From assembly GCA_051305945.1 (NCBI GenBank), contig JBPPMH010000100.1, positions 782 through 64,781 on the forward strand: a DNA stretch of 64,000 nt, in the 5' to 3' direction. This DNA is from Gemmatimonadaceae bacterium (GTDB lineage: Bacteria; Gemmatimonadota; Gemmatimonadetes; Gemmatimonadales; Gemmatimonadaceae). The position numbers and the translations under genes were made by a program. The first letter of the stretch is position 1, and the number at the start of each line of letters is the position of its first letter. Positions 1 to 9,305 of this stretch are shown here, in pieces. The notes beneath the pieces were generated by a model that saw nothing but the letters and a program-made list of their open reading frames with translations, was not told where the DNA came from and ran no database searches.

Positions 1-500
1 TCAAGCCGTCCGTCATCTTCGGGGCGCAGGACGCTTTCGTGAACGTGCTTGCCCGGATGATCCGGCTCAGCCCACTCGTCTTTCCCGTCCCTGGCGGCGG
101 CCGCGCGCGCTTTCAGCCGATTGCCGTTCGGGACGTCGCCGGCGCTGTCGGCGTCGCCCTCGATCGCGACGATACGATCGGCAGCGAGTACCCACTCGGC
201 GGACCCGCCGAGCTCTCGCTGCGGGAGATGACGGAGCGGATTCTGGTGGCGATGCGCACGCAGCGCATGCTGCTGTCCGTGCCGGTCGCGGTGCTGCGCC
301 CGCTCGTCGCGCTCATGCAGCGCGTCGTCCCGAAACCGCCGGTGACGACGGGGCTGCTCGACCTGCTCTCGATAGACAACACGGTGCCGGAAAACGAGAT
401 CAGGCGGACGTTCGGGATCACTCCAGTGCCGTTCGCGCCGGAGGAGATCGAGTACGTCAGGCGGGTTACGCTGAAAAATGCGATCGAGTCGATGTTTTGA
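1..500 (+). CDS. C-terminal part of an NAD(P)-binding SDR-type protein (NDUFA9/NmrA-like); the 5' end lies outside the window
   Basis: The frame is open from nt 3 (KPSVIFGAQDAF...) to the stop at 498-500. ORF 39..500 is its in-window tail. The family call rests on overall sequence pattern only. Confidence 0.45.
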   Translation, partial: KPSVIFGAQDAFVNVLARMIRLSPLVFPVPGGGRARFQPIAVRDVAGAVGVALDRDDTIGSEYPLGGPAELSLREMTERILVAMRTQRMLLSVPVAVLRPLVALMQRVVPKPPVTTGLLDLLSIDNTVPENEIRRTFGITPVPFAPEEIEYVRRVTLKNAIESMF

Positions 501-509
501 CTGCCACAG

Positions 510-1484
510 TTAAATCTCCCAATTCGACAGCACCACTCCGCTCTTGGGAAGCACCTCACCGTACCCTTCCACCGTCATTCGAAGGTCCGTCCACCGCACC
601 TTCGCCCCCTGCGCTACCAGAATCCGGTACGCCCCCGGGTACGCTCCCTGAACCCTGACCGACATCGTCCGCGTCCCGATCTTCCGCGCGTATGCGGCCA
701 ATTCCACGACGATCCTGGCAAACGCGTCGTCGTCGCGCGCGACCAGCTTGAGCACCCGCATCTCCTCCCGCTCGCGGCCCTCGACCAGCGGCACCGAATG
801 GCACAGCGCGAACGCCCGCAGCTCCGACCCGGCATAGCTGAGCAGCGTGTCGCCGAGTCCCAGCTCGTGAGTCAGCCGCAGCTCGCGGGTGAAATCGTAG
901 CCCGGGCATAGCGCGCCGAGCAGATCCGCGCACTGCGAGATCGCCGCGTCGCGCTGGTCGTCGCTCATCCGGCCGAGCTCCACTGCCTTGGTCGCGCCGA
1001 GCGCGGCGGGCAGCGTGAGCGTGATCGTGAGCGGACCGGGCAGAAAATCGAGCGACGAGTAAAAGCCGATATTGTCCATCGTGCGCGGCATCGTCTCGAG
1101 GCCGATCACGCGCGCGCCCCGCGCCCTGAGCCACTCCACGCCGTGCGTCACGATCAGCTTCCCCGCGCCGCGTCCCTGATACGCCTGCGCCACGGCGAGT
1201 GGACCCATCCATCCTTCCGTCCCTGATGCGTGCACCAGATTGAACGCCGCGATCCCGCCGTCCAGATCGCGCCAGAGGACGGCGCCGCGCGCGGCGTCCG
1301 CGACGGCGTACTGCCACATCTGCGGGTTGAGCCCGGGCACACGGACGCTCACCATCCCGTCCTTCCGGTAGCGCTCGGTGAACACTTCGCTGAACAGCCG
1401 GTTCAGCGCGGGAATGTCGTCGTCCACGATCTGGAAGGGGCCTTCCAGCGCTCGATCGTTCCGCCAACCCCTCGCTGCGGACAT
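510..1484 (-). CDS. GNAT family N-acetyltransferase (two-domain)
   Basis: The acetyl-CoA motif region is ...AQAYQGRGAGKLIVTHGVEWLRARG.... I chose the internal ATG at 1484 (MSAARGW...) because it overlaps the sbcC stop as TGATG. The ORF-track start at 1550 would run into sbcC. Confidence 0.7.
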   Translation of the reverse strand: MSAARGWRNDRALEGPFQIVDDDIPALNRLFSEVFTERYRKDGMVSVRVPGLNPQMWQYAVADAARGAVLWRDLDGGIAAFNLVHASGTEGWMGPLAVAQAYQGRGAGKLIVTHGVEWLRARGARVIGLETMPRTMDNIGFYSSLDFLPGPLTITLTLPAALGATKAVELGRMSDDQRDAAISQCADLLGALCPGYDFTRELRLTHELGLGDTLLSYAGSELRAFALCHSVPLVEGREREEMRVLKLVARDDDAFARIVVELAAYARKIGTRTMSVRVQGAYPGAYRILVAQGAKVRWTDLRMTVEGYGEVLPKSGVVLSNWEI

Positions 1485-3949
1485 CAGCTCGCGGCGGCGA
1501 CCGGTTCCAGCACCGGAATCGCGGCGAGCGCGGTGGCGAGATCGTCGCACGGCGCGCTCTCCTCCACGCGCGAGGCGCCGCTACCCTCGTCGTACCGCAC
1601 CGAGATGACGCGGTCGAGCCCTTCGCGCACCGACTCGATGTGCGTGATCAGGATGACCTGCTCGAACCTGTCGTGCAGTCGCCGAAGCAGGTTTATCACG
1701 TTGTGCCGCCTGGCCTCGTCGAGCGAGCCGAAGATCTCGTCCAGGATCAGCAGCGAAAACGGCTGCCCAGCGCGCTCGGCGATCATCTGCGAGATCGCGA
1801 GCCGCAGCACGAGATGCGCGACGTCCTCTTCTCCGCCGGAGATCACCGGCTTCGGGATCCCGTCGTCCAGCACCGTGAGGTCGTAGTCGTTGGTCAGCTC
1901 CAGCTCGGAATAACGCGAATCCGTGAGCTCGGACAGGAATCCACTTGCCAGCTCCGACAGCTCCGGCCGGAGCTGCGCGTTCAGGTCGCTGCGCAGGTCG
2001 GAGTAGGCGCGGTCGAGCTCGTCGTGGATCCGGCGCGCGCGCTTGAGCGCCGATAGTTTCTCCTCGCGCTTGGCCAGCTCGGCCGCCGCCTCGCGCGCGG
2101 CGTCGGCCGCGGCGTCCGCGCTGCGGAGCTCGCCTTCCGCCGTGATTCGCTCCAGCTCCGCTTTCCGCGCGGCCTCGGTGACGCGCTCGTGCTCCGACTT
2201 CGTCGAGAGGTACTCGTCCTCGGAGAACGCGATCGTCGCATGCGCTTCCCGCAGCTCCTGCGCGCGCGTGCGATGCGCCACGAGCAGCGTCGCGACCTCG
2301 TCGTACTCCGCGCGTATCTGCGGCTCGCGTTCGGCCAGCGCGGCGAGCCGCTCACCCTTCGCAGCCACCGGCGTCAGCTCCTCGATCTGCGCGCGCACCC
2401 GCGCGTGCTCCGTGGCGTCGAACCCGCCCGGCATCGCCGCGATCTCCTGCACGAGCTGCGCCTGCCGCTGCTCCTTTTGAGTCAGCTCCCGCGCGACGCC
2501 CGTCATCTCCTGCACCGCGCTTTGCACCTTCGCGAGCTGGCGCTCGAGGCCCGCGACGGTCTGCACGGCCGCCCGCCGCGCCTCGTCGAGCCCCTTGATG
2601 TCCTCCGGCATCTGGTCCAGCTCTTCCATCCGCTTTCGGAAATACTTGCCGTCGGACGTCAGCGCTTCCAGTTGCTCGGTGAGGTGCTCGACGACCTTGC
2701 CGAAATTCTCGCCGAGCGCGCGGCTGCACGTCGGGCACGCGCCGTCCGGGCCGAGGTCCGCGAGAAGTCGCAGCTGCTCCTTTACTTCCCCATGCTGGCG
2801 GAGCAGGGCCTGCCGCTTGGTCTGCGCTTCCTGCTTGTCCCGCACCCACTCGGTGCGGCGCGCCTCCAGCTTCCCCTGAATCTCCTCGAGCGCCGCCCGC
2901 TGCTTCTCCAGCTCCAGCGTGACGGTTTCTTCCTCCGCCGGCGCGCCCGCGAGGTTCGTCTTCTTCGCGATCAGTCGCTCGATCTCGACGGCAAGCTCAC
3001 GCGACTGCTCGGCGAGCGTCTGCCTCCTCCCCTCCTCCCGATACAGCGAATCCAGCCTCTGCAGCTCGGCGGTGAGCGCGGCGAGCGGCGCGGTCCGCAC
3101 GCGCAGGTCGTCGAGCTCCGCCCCGGCGACCACGATCTCGTTGAGGTCGGCGCCGATCCGCTCGCCCCGCGCCACGAGCGCGCGCACCTCCGATTCGGCG
3201 ACCTGGATCTCGGCCGCGAACTTCTGCAGCGATTCGCGCGCCTCCTGCGCGGCGGCCCAGCGCGGCGCGATTTGCTGCAACGCCGTGTCGCATTCCGTGT
3301 GCACCCGCCGCTTCTCCGTCGCCAGCCGCGCGCCGTCGGCGGCGCGCTTGCTCGCCTCGGCCAGCGTGCGCGCGATCACGTCGGGATCCGGCATTCCCGC
3401 GCGCAGCCCGGACATCTCGGCGAGGATTGTCTTTCGCCGCTCCCGCACCAGCTCCTGCGCGGTCCGCAGCTTCTCGTAGCCGAGCACGCGAGAGAGAAAA
3501 TGCGCGCGCTCCGTCGGCTTCATCGCGGCCATCACGCTGAGCTGCTTCTGGTCGGTGAAGTATGTGTTGAAGAACTCGACGCGCGTCATCCCCAGCCGCC
3601 GCTGGATAAACTCGTTCACACCGGTCTTAGTGGTCGCAACCGGAGAGTCGTCGTCGTTGACGTATACCTCCGCGCGCGACAGCTCGCGGCTCACGCGGTA
3701 GCGCTGACCGGACAGTTCGAAGTCGAGCACGACCCTGACCGGCGCGCGCTCGCCCGCGCGCTGGAAGCGGATCGTCTCCAGCTTGTCGCGCTGCGCGCCC
3801 GTGCCGTACAGACACCACGCGATCGCCTCGAGGATCGTCGTCTTCCCCGCGCCGTTGGGTCCGATGACGCCCGTGATCCCGGTGCCGAACTCGATGCTGG
3901 TGTCGGCGTGCTGCCGGAAGTTCGTGAGCTGGAGCCGGTTGATTCTCAT
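1484..3949 (-). CDS. sbcC: SbcC/Rad50-type SMC-like ATPase (double-strand-break repair)
   Basis: N-terminal Walker A is GPNGAGKTT. A long coiled coil carries a central CxxC zinc-hook (GACPTCSRAL, about nt 2725-2740). The C-terminus has ISGGEED..., Walker B LLILDEIFGSLD and ITH. Confidence 0.9.
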   Translation of the reverse strand: MRINRLQLTNFRQHADTSIEFGTGITGVIGPNGAGKTTILEAIAWCLYGTGAQRDKLETIRFQRAGERAPVRVVLDFELSGQRYRVSRELSRAEVYVNDDDSPVATTKTGVNEFIQRRLGMTRVEFFNTYFTDQKQLSVMAAMKPTERAHFLSRVLGYEKLRTAQELVRERRKTILAEMSGLRAGMPDPDVIARTLAEASKRAADGARLATEKRRVHTECDTALQQIAPRWAAAQEARESLQKFAAEIQVAESEVRALVARGERIGADLNEIVVAGAELDDLRVRTAPLAALTAELQRLDSLYREEGRRQTLAEQSRELAVEIERLIAKKTNLAGAPAEEETVTLELEKQRAALEEIQGKLEARRTEWVRDKQEAQTKRQALLRQHGEVKEQLRLLADLGPDGACPTCSRALGENFGKVVEHLTEQLEALTSDGKYFRKRMEELDQMPEDIKGLDEARRAAVQTVAGLERQLAKVQSAVQEMTGVARELTQKEQRQAQLVQEIAAMPGGFDATEHARVRAQIEELTPVAAKGERLAALAEREPQIRAEYDEVATLLVAHRTRAQELREAHATIAFSEDEYLSTKSEHERVTEAARKAELERITAEGELRSADAAADAAREAAAELAKREEKLSALKRARRIHDELDRAYSDLRSDLNAQLRPELSELASGFLSELTDSRYSELELTNDYDLTVLDDGIPKPVISGGEEDVAHLVLRLAISQMIAERAGQPFSLLILDEIFGSLDEARRHNVINLLRRLHDRFEQVILITHIESVREGLDRVISVRYDEGSGASRVEESAPCDDLATALAAIPVLEPVAAAS

Positions 3950-5175
3950 ACGGGCCCGTCGGCGAAGACCGGCTGCTCGACTGCTTCGGCCTGCGTGAGG
4001 TAGTCGAGTCCCGCGGCGACCAACTCCTCGCGATCTATCTCGGAGTCTATCGGCCGGCTGCGCAGCCCGTCACGCACGAGCTCGGCGAGCGACGCGCGCC
4101 GGCCGGGCGCGGCGTGGCCGTGCACTCTGATGACCTCGGGCCGGCGCGGATCGAGATGGAAGTGCAGCGCGCGGCGCTTGTACTCGCGCAGCGCCTTGTG
4201 GTCCAGCTCGCGCGCCACGTGCCGCGCGACGTTCTTCGCCACCAGCCGCACGATGGCTTCGTCAATCGGGACCGGCGAGCCCTCCACCCGCTCGCTGATC
4301 GCCTGATCCACCTCGGCGGCGGTCATCCCGCGCGCGTCGAGCTCGGGCAGATCGATCACCGCGCGCGTCTCGATCGGATGAAAGGTCTGCTTCCCGCTGT
4401 CGAGGTCCCACTCGATGAAGCCCTTGCCGGGCTTCCCGATCCTTTCGCGCGGCGCCGCCGCGCGCCAGGTCTTTCCGTCGAGCGCGGCTTCCTCGGCGAC
4501 CTCGCCCCAGATGGTCGTGCTCGTGTACTCCAGCGAGCCGGAGTAAAACGCGTTCGACGCGATCTCGCGCCAGACGTGATAGTGCCCGAGCGCCACGTAG
4601 TCCCAGTTCTGCGCGCCGAGCTGTTCCCTGCTGATCTCCATCGTGCCGCGCTCCGCCATGCCCACGTGCGGCGGGAGCAGCCCCTGAATCTCGCCATGCA
4701 TCAAGAGGACGTTGTACCGCTTGTTGCCCTGCGGCCGCAACACCGGCGGCTCCGCCCCGCCGAGGTCGGGGACCGCGAGGATGGACAGGTCCCGGTCGCT
4801 GATCGGGATATGCTCGTAGCCGCCGTCCACCACATAAATGTTCAGCGGCTTGAACAGCTTGAGCAGGCACCCCGTCTCGGTGGTGCGCGGCGTGTCGTGG
4901 TTGCCCGCAACCATGACGACGATCGCGTCCGGCAGCATCTGCATCAGCCGCGAGAGCTGCTTGAACGCGTGGATGATCGCCGGGTTGGTGGGCCGCACGT
5001 TGTGGAACACGTCGCCGGCGAACAGCACGATGTCGGGCTGCAGCTCGATGGTCTTGTCGATGGCCTTCCGGAACGCGAGCGCGACGTCGTGCTCACGTTG
5101 GTTGATTCCCATCGGGGTGAAGCGCTGGTACTGCCGGAAGCCAAGATGGAGATCCGACAGATGAACTAGTCTCAT
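3946..5175 (-). CDS. sbcD: SbcD/Mre11-type nuclease
   Basis: Calcineurin-like phosphoesterase motifs are present: LSDLHLG, AGDVFHN, VAGNHDTP, LLMHG and ALGHYHV. The gene has an ATGA overlap with sbcC. Confidence 0.9.
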   Translation of the reverse strand: MRLVHLSDLHLGFRQYQRFTPMGINQREHDVALAFRKAIDKTIELQPDIVLFAGDVFHNVRPTNPAIIHAFKQLSRLMQMLPDAIVVMVAGNHDTPRTTETGCLLKLFKPLNIYVVDGGYEHIPISDRDLSILAVPDLGGAEPPVLRPQGNKRYNVLLMHGEIQGLLPPHVGMAERGTMEISREQLGAQNWDYVALGHYHVWREIASNAFYSGSLEYTSTTIWGEVAEEAALDGKTWRAAAPRERIGKPGKGFIEWDLDSGKQTFHPIETRAVIDLPELDARGMTAAEVDQAISERVEGSPVPIDEAIVRLVAKNVARHVARELDHKALREYKRRALHFHLDPRRPEVIRVHGHAAPGRRASLAELVRDGLRSRPIDSEIDREELVAAGLDYLTQAEAVEQPVFADGPV

Positions 5176-6014
5176 GAACCTCGCATTGCGCGGAGTCGCT
5201 GCGTGACTTTCATCTGGAGCTGCGCCGACGGCCCTGAGGCCTTACCCGAAGTAATCACCGAATGCACGTTCAGTACGAGATACGTATCCGTGATCCAGCC
5301 CAGCCTGCGATCGAGCTGCATTCGTCCCGACAGCGTACCGGTGCTTCGTTGCGTACCGCCGCTGCGATCGGACTCACCGATTCTGCTGAGAGTTCCGTTC
5401 AGCGTGATGTATGCAATATCGCCGTTTTGGCCCAGCGAATCGAGCCTGAAATTCGCTTGCACGCGAGCCATGCCCGCGGGCCCATTGCCGATCGGAAGAT
5501 CCAGGGTCCGCCTCCATGTGCCGCCCACGCTGACCGGACGGTCGGGAAGCATCGGAGCCGTCGGCGGAAAGAAAGGCGGAGTTTCGCCGTCGTGCTCTCC
5601 GGTATCGAGCACCTGCATGCCGCCGTCATGCCCCACTATCATGGTCACGCGCGCCCCTTCCAGAGCGCTGCGGGGAGTGCTGACCGGAGATCCACCGATC
5701 GGCGTGAGAGCCATCGAGTCCGTCACGGCCTGCACCAGACTCCCGGACGCGAGCCGCCGCAGCGGGATCGCGCGCGTCCGCACGTGGATGGATCCCGTCA
5801 TGGACTTGGGCGCGCCCGGGGCATCCGGCGACGTACCGGTGACCTCGATTTGCTGGTCGAGCTGCATGTGGATCGTATCACCCACCTGCGGACGGATCTC
5901 GAGCCGGACGCGCTGGGCGTGCGCGGGCGCCGCGCACAGCAACACCGCCAGCATCGCCACCGCGCCGCCGAGCAAGCCCCGGATGCGGGACGCTCTCACT
6001 CGCTCAGAACCCAT
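5172..6014 (-). CDS. Exported hypothetical protein (signal peptide)
   Basis: The N-terminus RIRGLLGGAVAMLAVLLCAAPAHAQ looks like a Sec signal. The gene overlaps the herA stop by 11 nt and the sbcD start as ATGA. I recognise no family. Confidence 0.6.
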   Translation of the reverse strand: MGSERVRASRIRGLLGGAVAMLAVLLCAAPAHAQRVRLEIRPQVGDTIHMQLDQQIEVTGTSPDAPGAPKSMTGSIHVRTRAIPLRRLASGSLVQAVTDSMALTPIGGSPVSTPRSALEGARVTMIVGHDGGMQVLDTGEHDGETPPFFPPTAPMLPDRPVSVGGTWRRTLDLPIGNGPAGMARVQANFRLDSLGQNGDIAYITLNGTLSRIGESDRSGGTQRSTGTLSGRMQLDRRLGWITDTYLVLNVHSVITSGKASGPSAQLQMKVTQRLRAMRGS

Positions 6015-7959
6015 ACGGGTCGTCGCCCGCCGGAAGCTTGATGGGCGCGGGCCGCTGCCGCGGCGTCTCCGCGCGCACCGGCGCCAGCGGCCGCAAGCGC
6101 GACGCGAAGAACGCCTTCACATCCCGCGGCCGCGCCAGCACCGTCGCGTTGCGCGCGCGGATCACCTCGTCGTCCTCCCGCAGCGCGATGTGCTGCTTGA
6201 CCCACTCCAGCGAGATCGTCGGATCCAGCACACGAAGCGAACGCGTCACCGCGGCGTCGAGCGCAACTTCCTCGGCCTGCGGGAACAGCTCGGCGCCGTC
6301 GCGCCCCTGCATCACCGCCGGGCGCGGGAACCTGACGAAGACGGGCTGCGTGAAATGCGGATGCCGCACCATCAGCTGACCCTTCTCCAGCGTGGAGAGC
6401 TTGGTCTTGACCGCCTGGCTCAACACCGCGTACCCGGGAGCAGCGAGCTCGTCCGCGTCCATCCGCCCGAACAGCGACGTGCCGGAATTGCCGACCACGC
6501 GCCGGTGCACCTGCGAGCGGAACTGCTGCGCGCCGAACAAAACGAGACCGAGATACCGGCCCCTCTCGGCGATGTCGAGCAGCATTTTTCTGACATAAGT
6601 CTCCGGCCCCTCCGTCGCGGCGTACTTGTTCAGCTCGTCGACGAAAACCACGACATGGTCAACGCCCAGGTTTCGCCGCTCGAGGTGCTCGCGGAGCTTG
6701 GAAACGATGCGCGTGAAGATCAGGTCCTGCGCGTCCTCCTCGAGGAGCGCCACGTCAACTACGTACACTCCGCGGTCCTCGAAGCTCCCGAACGGCAGGT
6801 CGCTCACGGTGCCCTCGGCCGTGACCAGCCCGGCGCAGCGCAGGGCGATGTTGGTCAGCCGGTTGCGAACTTTCCTGATGGTCGCCACGTGGTGCGTCCG
6901 GTAGCTCTCGGAGTTGCTCTCCTCCAGCATCGAGAGGACATCGCGGAACCACTCGTCCAGCTCCGCGAACGAGTCGACGTTGTAGGTGCGCTTCGCCAGA
7001 CGCTCGTCACGGAACTCACGGCCGGCGATCTTGTCGCGGATGAAGTCGATCACCGCGTCGGCTTTCGCGTCCACGTCGTCCTTGTTGAGCAGCACCTCGG
7101 CGTACTGCAACACCTCGCGGAGCCCCCACGTGAGCGGGTGCACGTTGTGCAGCAGCGCTTCGTTAGAGCGGAGAGTGTTGAGGTTGTAGCCGCCGGCGTC
7201 GTACGCGGCGTAGTACCGCACGTTCGCGAACGGCTTGGCCGGAACGCCCATCTTCTCGTACATGATCTCGTCGGCCGGCTCGAGCTTGCCCGGCTGGTCG
7301 AGATAGCAGAGATCGGGACCTTTGACGTTGAACGCGACCGCCGCGATCGTGCCCTTCTTCTCCGGGAAGTGCGTGAACAGCGACGACAGCAGCCACTCCA
7401 CCGCGCTCGTCTTCGTCGCGAGCCCCGACACGCCGGAGATGTTGAGGTGCGCGGCCTCGGGCCCCACGAGAAAGTCCGCGTCGAGATAGATCGGCGCGTC
7501 CGTGCCGCCCGCGTGATAGATCCCGATCGGGATTCCGGTGCGCGCGCCTTCCTTGAGGTAGCCGTCCATCCGCAGCGCGACGGCGACGTCGTGCTCGTCG
7601 GCGAGGAACACCGAGCCCATCGGCACCGGCTGGAGCGGCTCCTCGGGAATCATCCGCAGCACCGCCGCGGTGTACAGCCGGATCTCCGTGCGCTCGGTGG
7701 GCGCGAAGCCCGCGCTCGAGGGCTCGCCGTCGTGGCCGAGCACGTCGTGCATCGGCGAGACGAGATCGCTGTAGCTGAATCCCTCTATCACCGCGCCGTA
7801 GATCTTCGGCAGCTGTCCGTCCACGGGATGCTCGCCGTCCACGCGCACGATCGTCCCGATCCCGACGGGCGACGTGACCGCGGTCCAAAAGTGGAACTGG
7901 TGCGGCGTGTTCGGCCGCCGCTCGGTGGCGACGACTCTTCCGAGCGCCTGCTCGCTCAC
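6004..7959 (-). CDS. herA: HerA-like (DUF87/FtsK-HerA superfamily) ATPase
   Basis: It has an atypical P-loop NISGVSGLATKTSAVEWLL and a Walker B-like VVFVDELNKYA. I chose the GTG at 7959, which overlaps the nurA TGA as GTGA (plus strand tcac at 7956-7959). The 708-aa ORF-track version is over-extended. Confidence 0.75.
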   Translation of the reverse strand: MSEQALGRVVATERRPNTPHQFHFWTAVTSPVGIGTIVRVDGEHPVDGQLPKIYGAVIEGFSYSDLVSPMHDVLGHDGEPSSAGFAPTERTEIRLYTAAVLRMIPEEPLQPVPMGSVFLADEHDVAVALRMDGYLKEGARTGIPIGIYHAGGTDAPIYLDADFLVGPEAAHLNISGVSGLATKTSAVEWLLSSLFTHFPEKKGTIAAVAFNVKGPDLCYLDQPGKLEPADEIMYEKMGVPAKPFANVRYYAAYDAGGYNLNTLRSNEALLHNVHPLTWGLREVLQYAEVLLNKDDVDAKADAVIDFIRDKIAGREFRDERLAKRTYNVDSFAELDEWFRDVLSMLEESNSESYRTHHVATIRKVRNRLTNIALRCAGLVTAEGTVSDLPFGSFEDRGVYVVDVALLEEDAQDLIFTRIVSKLREHLERRNLGVDHVVVFVDELNKYAATEGPETYVRKMLLDIAERGRYLGLVLFGAQQFRSQVHRRVVGNSGTSLFGRMDADELAAPGYAVLSQAVKTKLSTLEKGQLMVRHPHFTQPVFVRFPRPAVMQGRDGAELFPQAEEVALDAAVTRSLRVLDPTISLEWVKQHIALREDDEVIRARNATVLARPRDVKAFFASRLRPLAPVRAETPRQRPAPIKLPAGDDPYGF

Positions 7960-8936
7960 GCGATCGCCCGGAGAAACTCTTCGGAGTTGCGCACGCCGTA
8001 GCTCATCTTGTCCCAGCGCGCGTCGGGGAGCGCGAGCGGCGCCGCTTCCGCCAGCACCCAGCGGGAAATCCGGTCCACGTCGGCATTGGAGCTCACCGTG
8101 TCGCACGCTTCGATGCGCACCAGTCCCCACGTCGCGTCGTGTCCCTTGTTGTCGCGCAGCCGCAGGTACCAGCTCGACACCGGCGCGCGGCCGCCGGACT
8201 GTATCCGGAACGGCGGCGTTCTCTCACCCTGCGCGAGCCCGAGCACGACGTCGAGATCGGTGCCCTCCGCGTGAATCGTGTTGTGTGTCTTCACTACACC
8301 TACGGCGACGCCCGACCCGGCGACGCGCGCGCTCGACGCGATTCCGCCGTCTATGCAGATCGGCTCCTCGCGCGCCGCGCACCACGCTTCCGCCAGTATC
8401 ACCTCGACGCGCTCGCGATCCCTTCGGACCGACTTGATCGCGCTCTCGAGCAGCGCGGCCGGATGGCGCGAAGGCAGCTCGCCCATGCTCGCATCGGTCG
8501 TGTCCACCACAGTGAACGCGGGATCGCTCTCGCCGGCCAGCGCAGGTGCGTACGCGAACGGCAGATACAGCCGCCGCTCGACCCGCGGCGCGCACCCCGT
8601 CCATGTCACGAGCCTCCGGTCAATCCGCTCGCGAACTGCCGCCGCGACGATGCCCAACACGATGGGGACGCCGCCGTGGCGCGCGACGATGCGCACGCTC
8701 TGCGTCCCATCCAGGAACGCCGCGAATCGCGCCTCCGGCTCGCCGCCCACTTCGACAGCCCGCATCGCGCCGCCGCCGAGCATCGGCGCCGCGGAGAGCT
8801 GCGGCGGGTCCATCCGCGGAAACGCGGGATCGGACAGCTGGCCGGCCTCGACCGCGTCCACCCCCGGCAAGAGACGTTGGATGTACCTGAGGGCCGCGCG
8901 GCTGGCCGCGTCCGGACCCGGCTGCAAGAGAGCCAT
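7956..8936 (-). CDS. nurA: NurA-like nuclease (putative)
   Basis: At 326 aa it has acidic motifs AAFLDGTQSV and ICIDGGI in NurA-like positions, and it is translationally coupled to the herA-like gene. The call rests on motif pattern plus context. Confidence 0.5.
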   Translation of the reverse strand: MALLQPGPDAASRAALRYIQRLLPGVDAVEAGQLSDPAFPRMDPPQLSAAPMLGGGAMRAVEVGGEPEARFAAFLDGTQSVRIVARHGGVPIVLGIVAAAVRERIDRRLVTWTGCAPRVERRLYLPFAYAPALAGESDPAFTVVDTTDASMGELPSRHPAALLESAIKSVRRDRERVEVILAEAWCAAREEPICIDGGIASSARVAGSGVAVGVVKTHNTIHAEGTDLDVVLGLAQGERTPPFRIQSGGRAPVSSWYLRLRDNKGHDATWGLVRIEACDTVSSNADVDRISRWVLAEAAPLALPDARWDKMSYGVRNSEEFLRAIA

Positions 8937-8950
8937 CTAACGCCCCGCCT

Positions 8951-9229
8951 TCACTCGATGCCGATATCCCAGGCCTGTTCCAGGTCCTTCTTCGAGTAAG
9001 CGCGAAACGCGGTCAGCGTCTGGGTGTGGACGAGACCGGGAACCGTCGGAAAATTCTCGGTCACGACGCGCGCAACGCTCTCGTAATCCGTGACTTCGAT
9101 CATCGCGACGAGATCCCATTCGCCGGACACGGAATACACCTGCGAGACGCCCTCTATTCCCGCCAGGGCAGTGGCGCATTGCGGAATGAGTCTGGGCTCG
9201 GCTTTGACGAGAACGATCGCGGTTATCAT
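8951..9229 (-). CDS. Stand-alone Lrp/AsnC ligand-binding (RAM) domain protein with no HTH
   Basis: The 92-aa protein starts directly with the RAM beta-strand ITAIVLVKAEP... and continues ...VYSVSGEWDLVAMIEV.... The ATG is at 9229. It ends 14 nt upstream of nurA on the same strand. Confidence 0.7.
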   Translation of the reverse strand: MITAIVLVKAEPRLIPQCATALAGIEGVSQVYSVSGEWDLVAMIEVTDYESVARVVTENFPTVPGLVHTQTLTAFRAYSKKDLEQAWDIGIE

Positions 9230-9305
9230 GCGGACGCGGGGTGGTAGATTCCTGATATTACCGGGCGGCGACGGGCGACGCTATCAATGTACGACAACCA
9301 AGCAA

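Noticed and set aside
5203-8001. Very long ORFs antisense to or overlapping confident genes. Examples: 5203..8001 (+) at 932 aa; 2189..4003 (+); 14365..16137 (-); 30808..32598 (+); 35000..36397 (-); 38799..40754 (-); 40849..42519 (-); 49370..50890 (-); 50906..52147 (-); 54498..55943 (-); 60200..61564 (+).
   Set aside because: Their translations are Arg/Ala/Pro/Gly-rich low-complexity strings typical of shadow ORFs in high-G+C DNA. Each lies opposite a gene with clear family motifs. None shows recognisable motifs.
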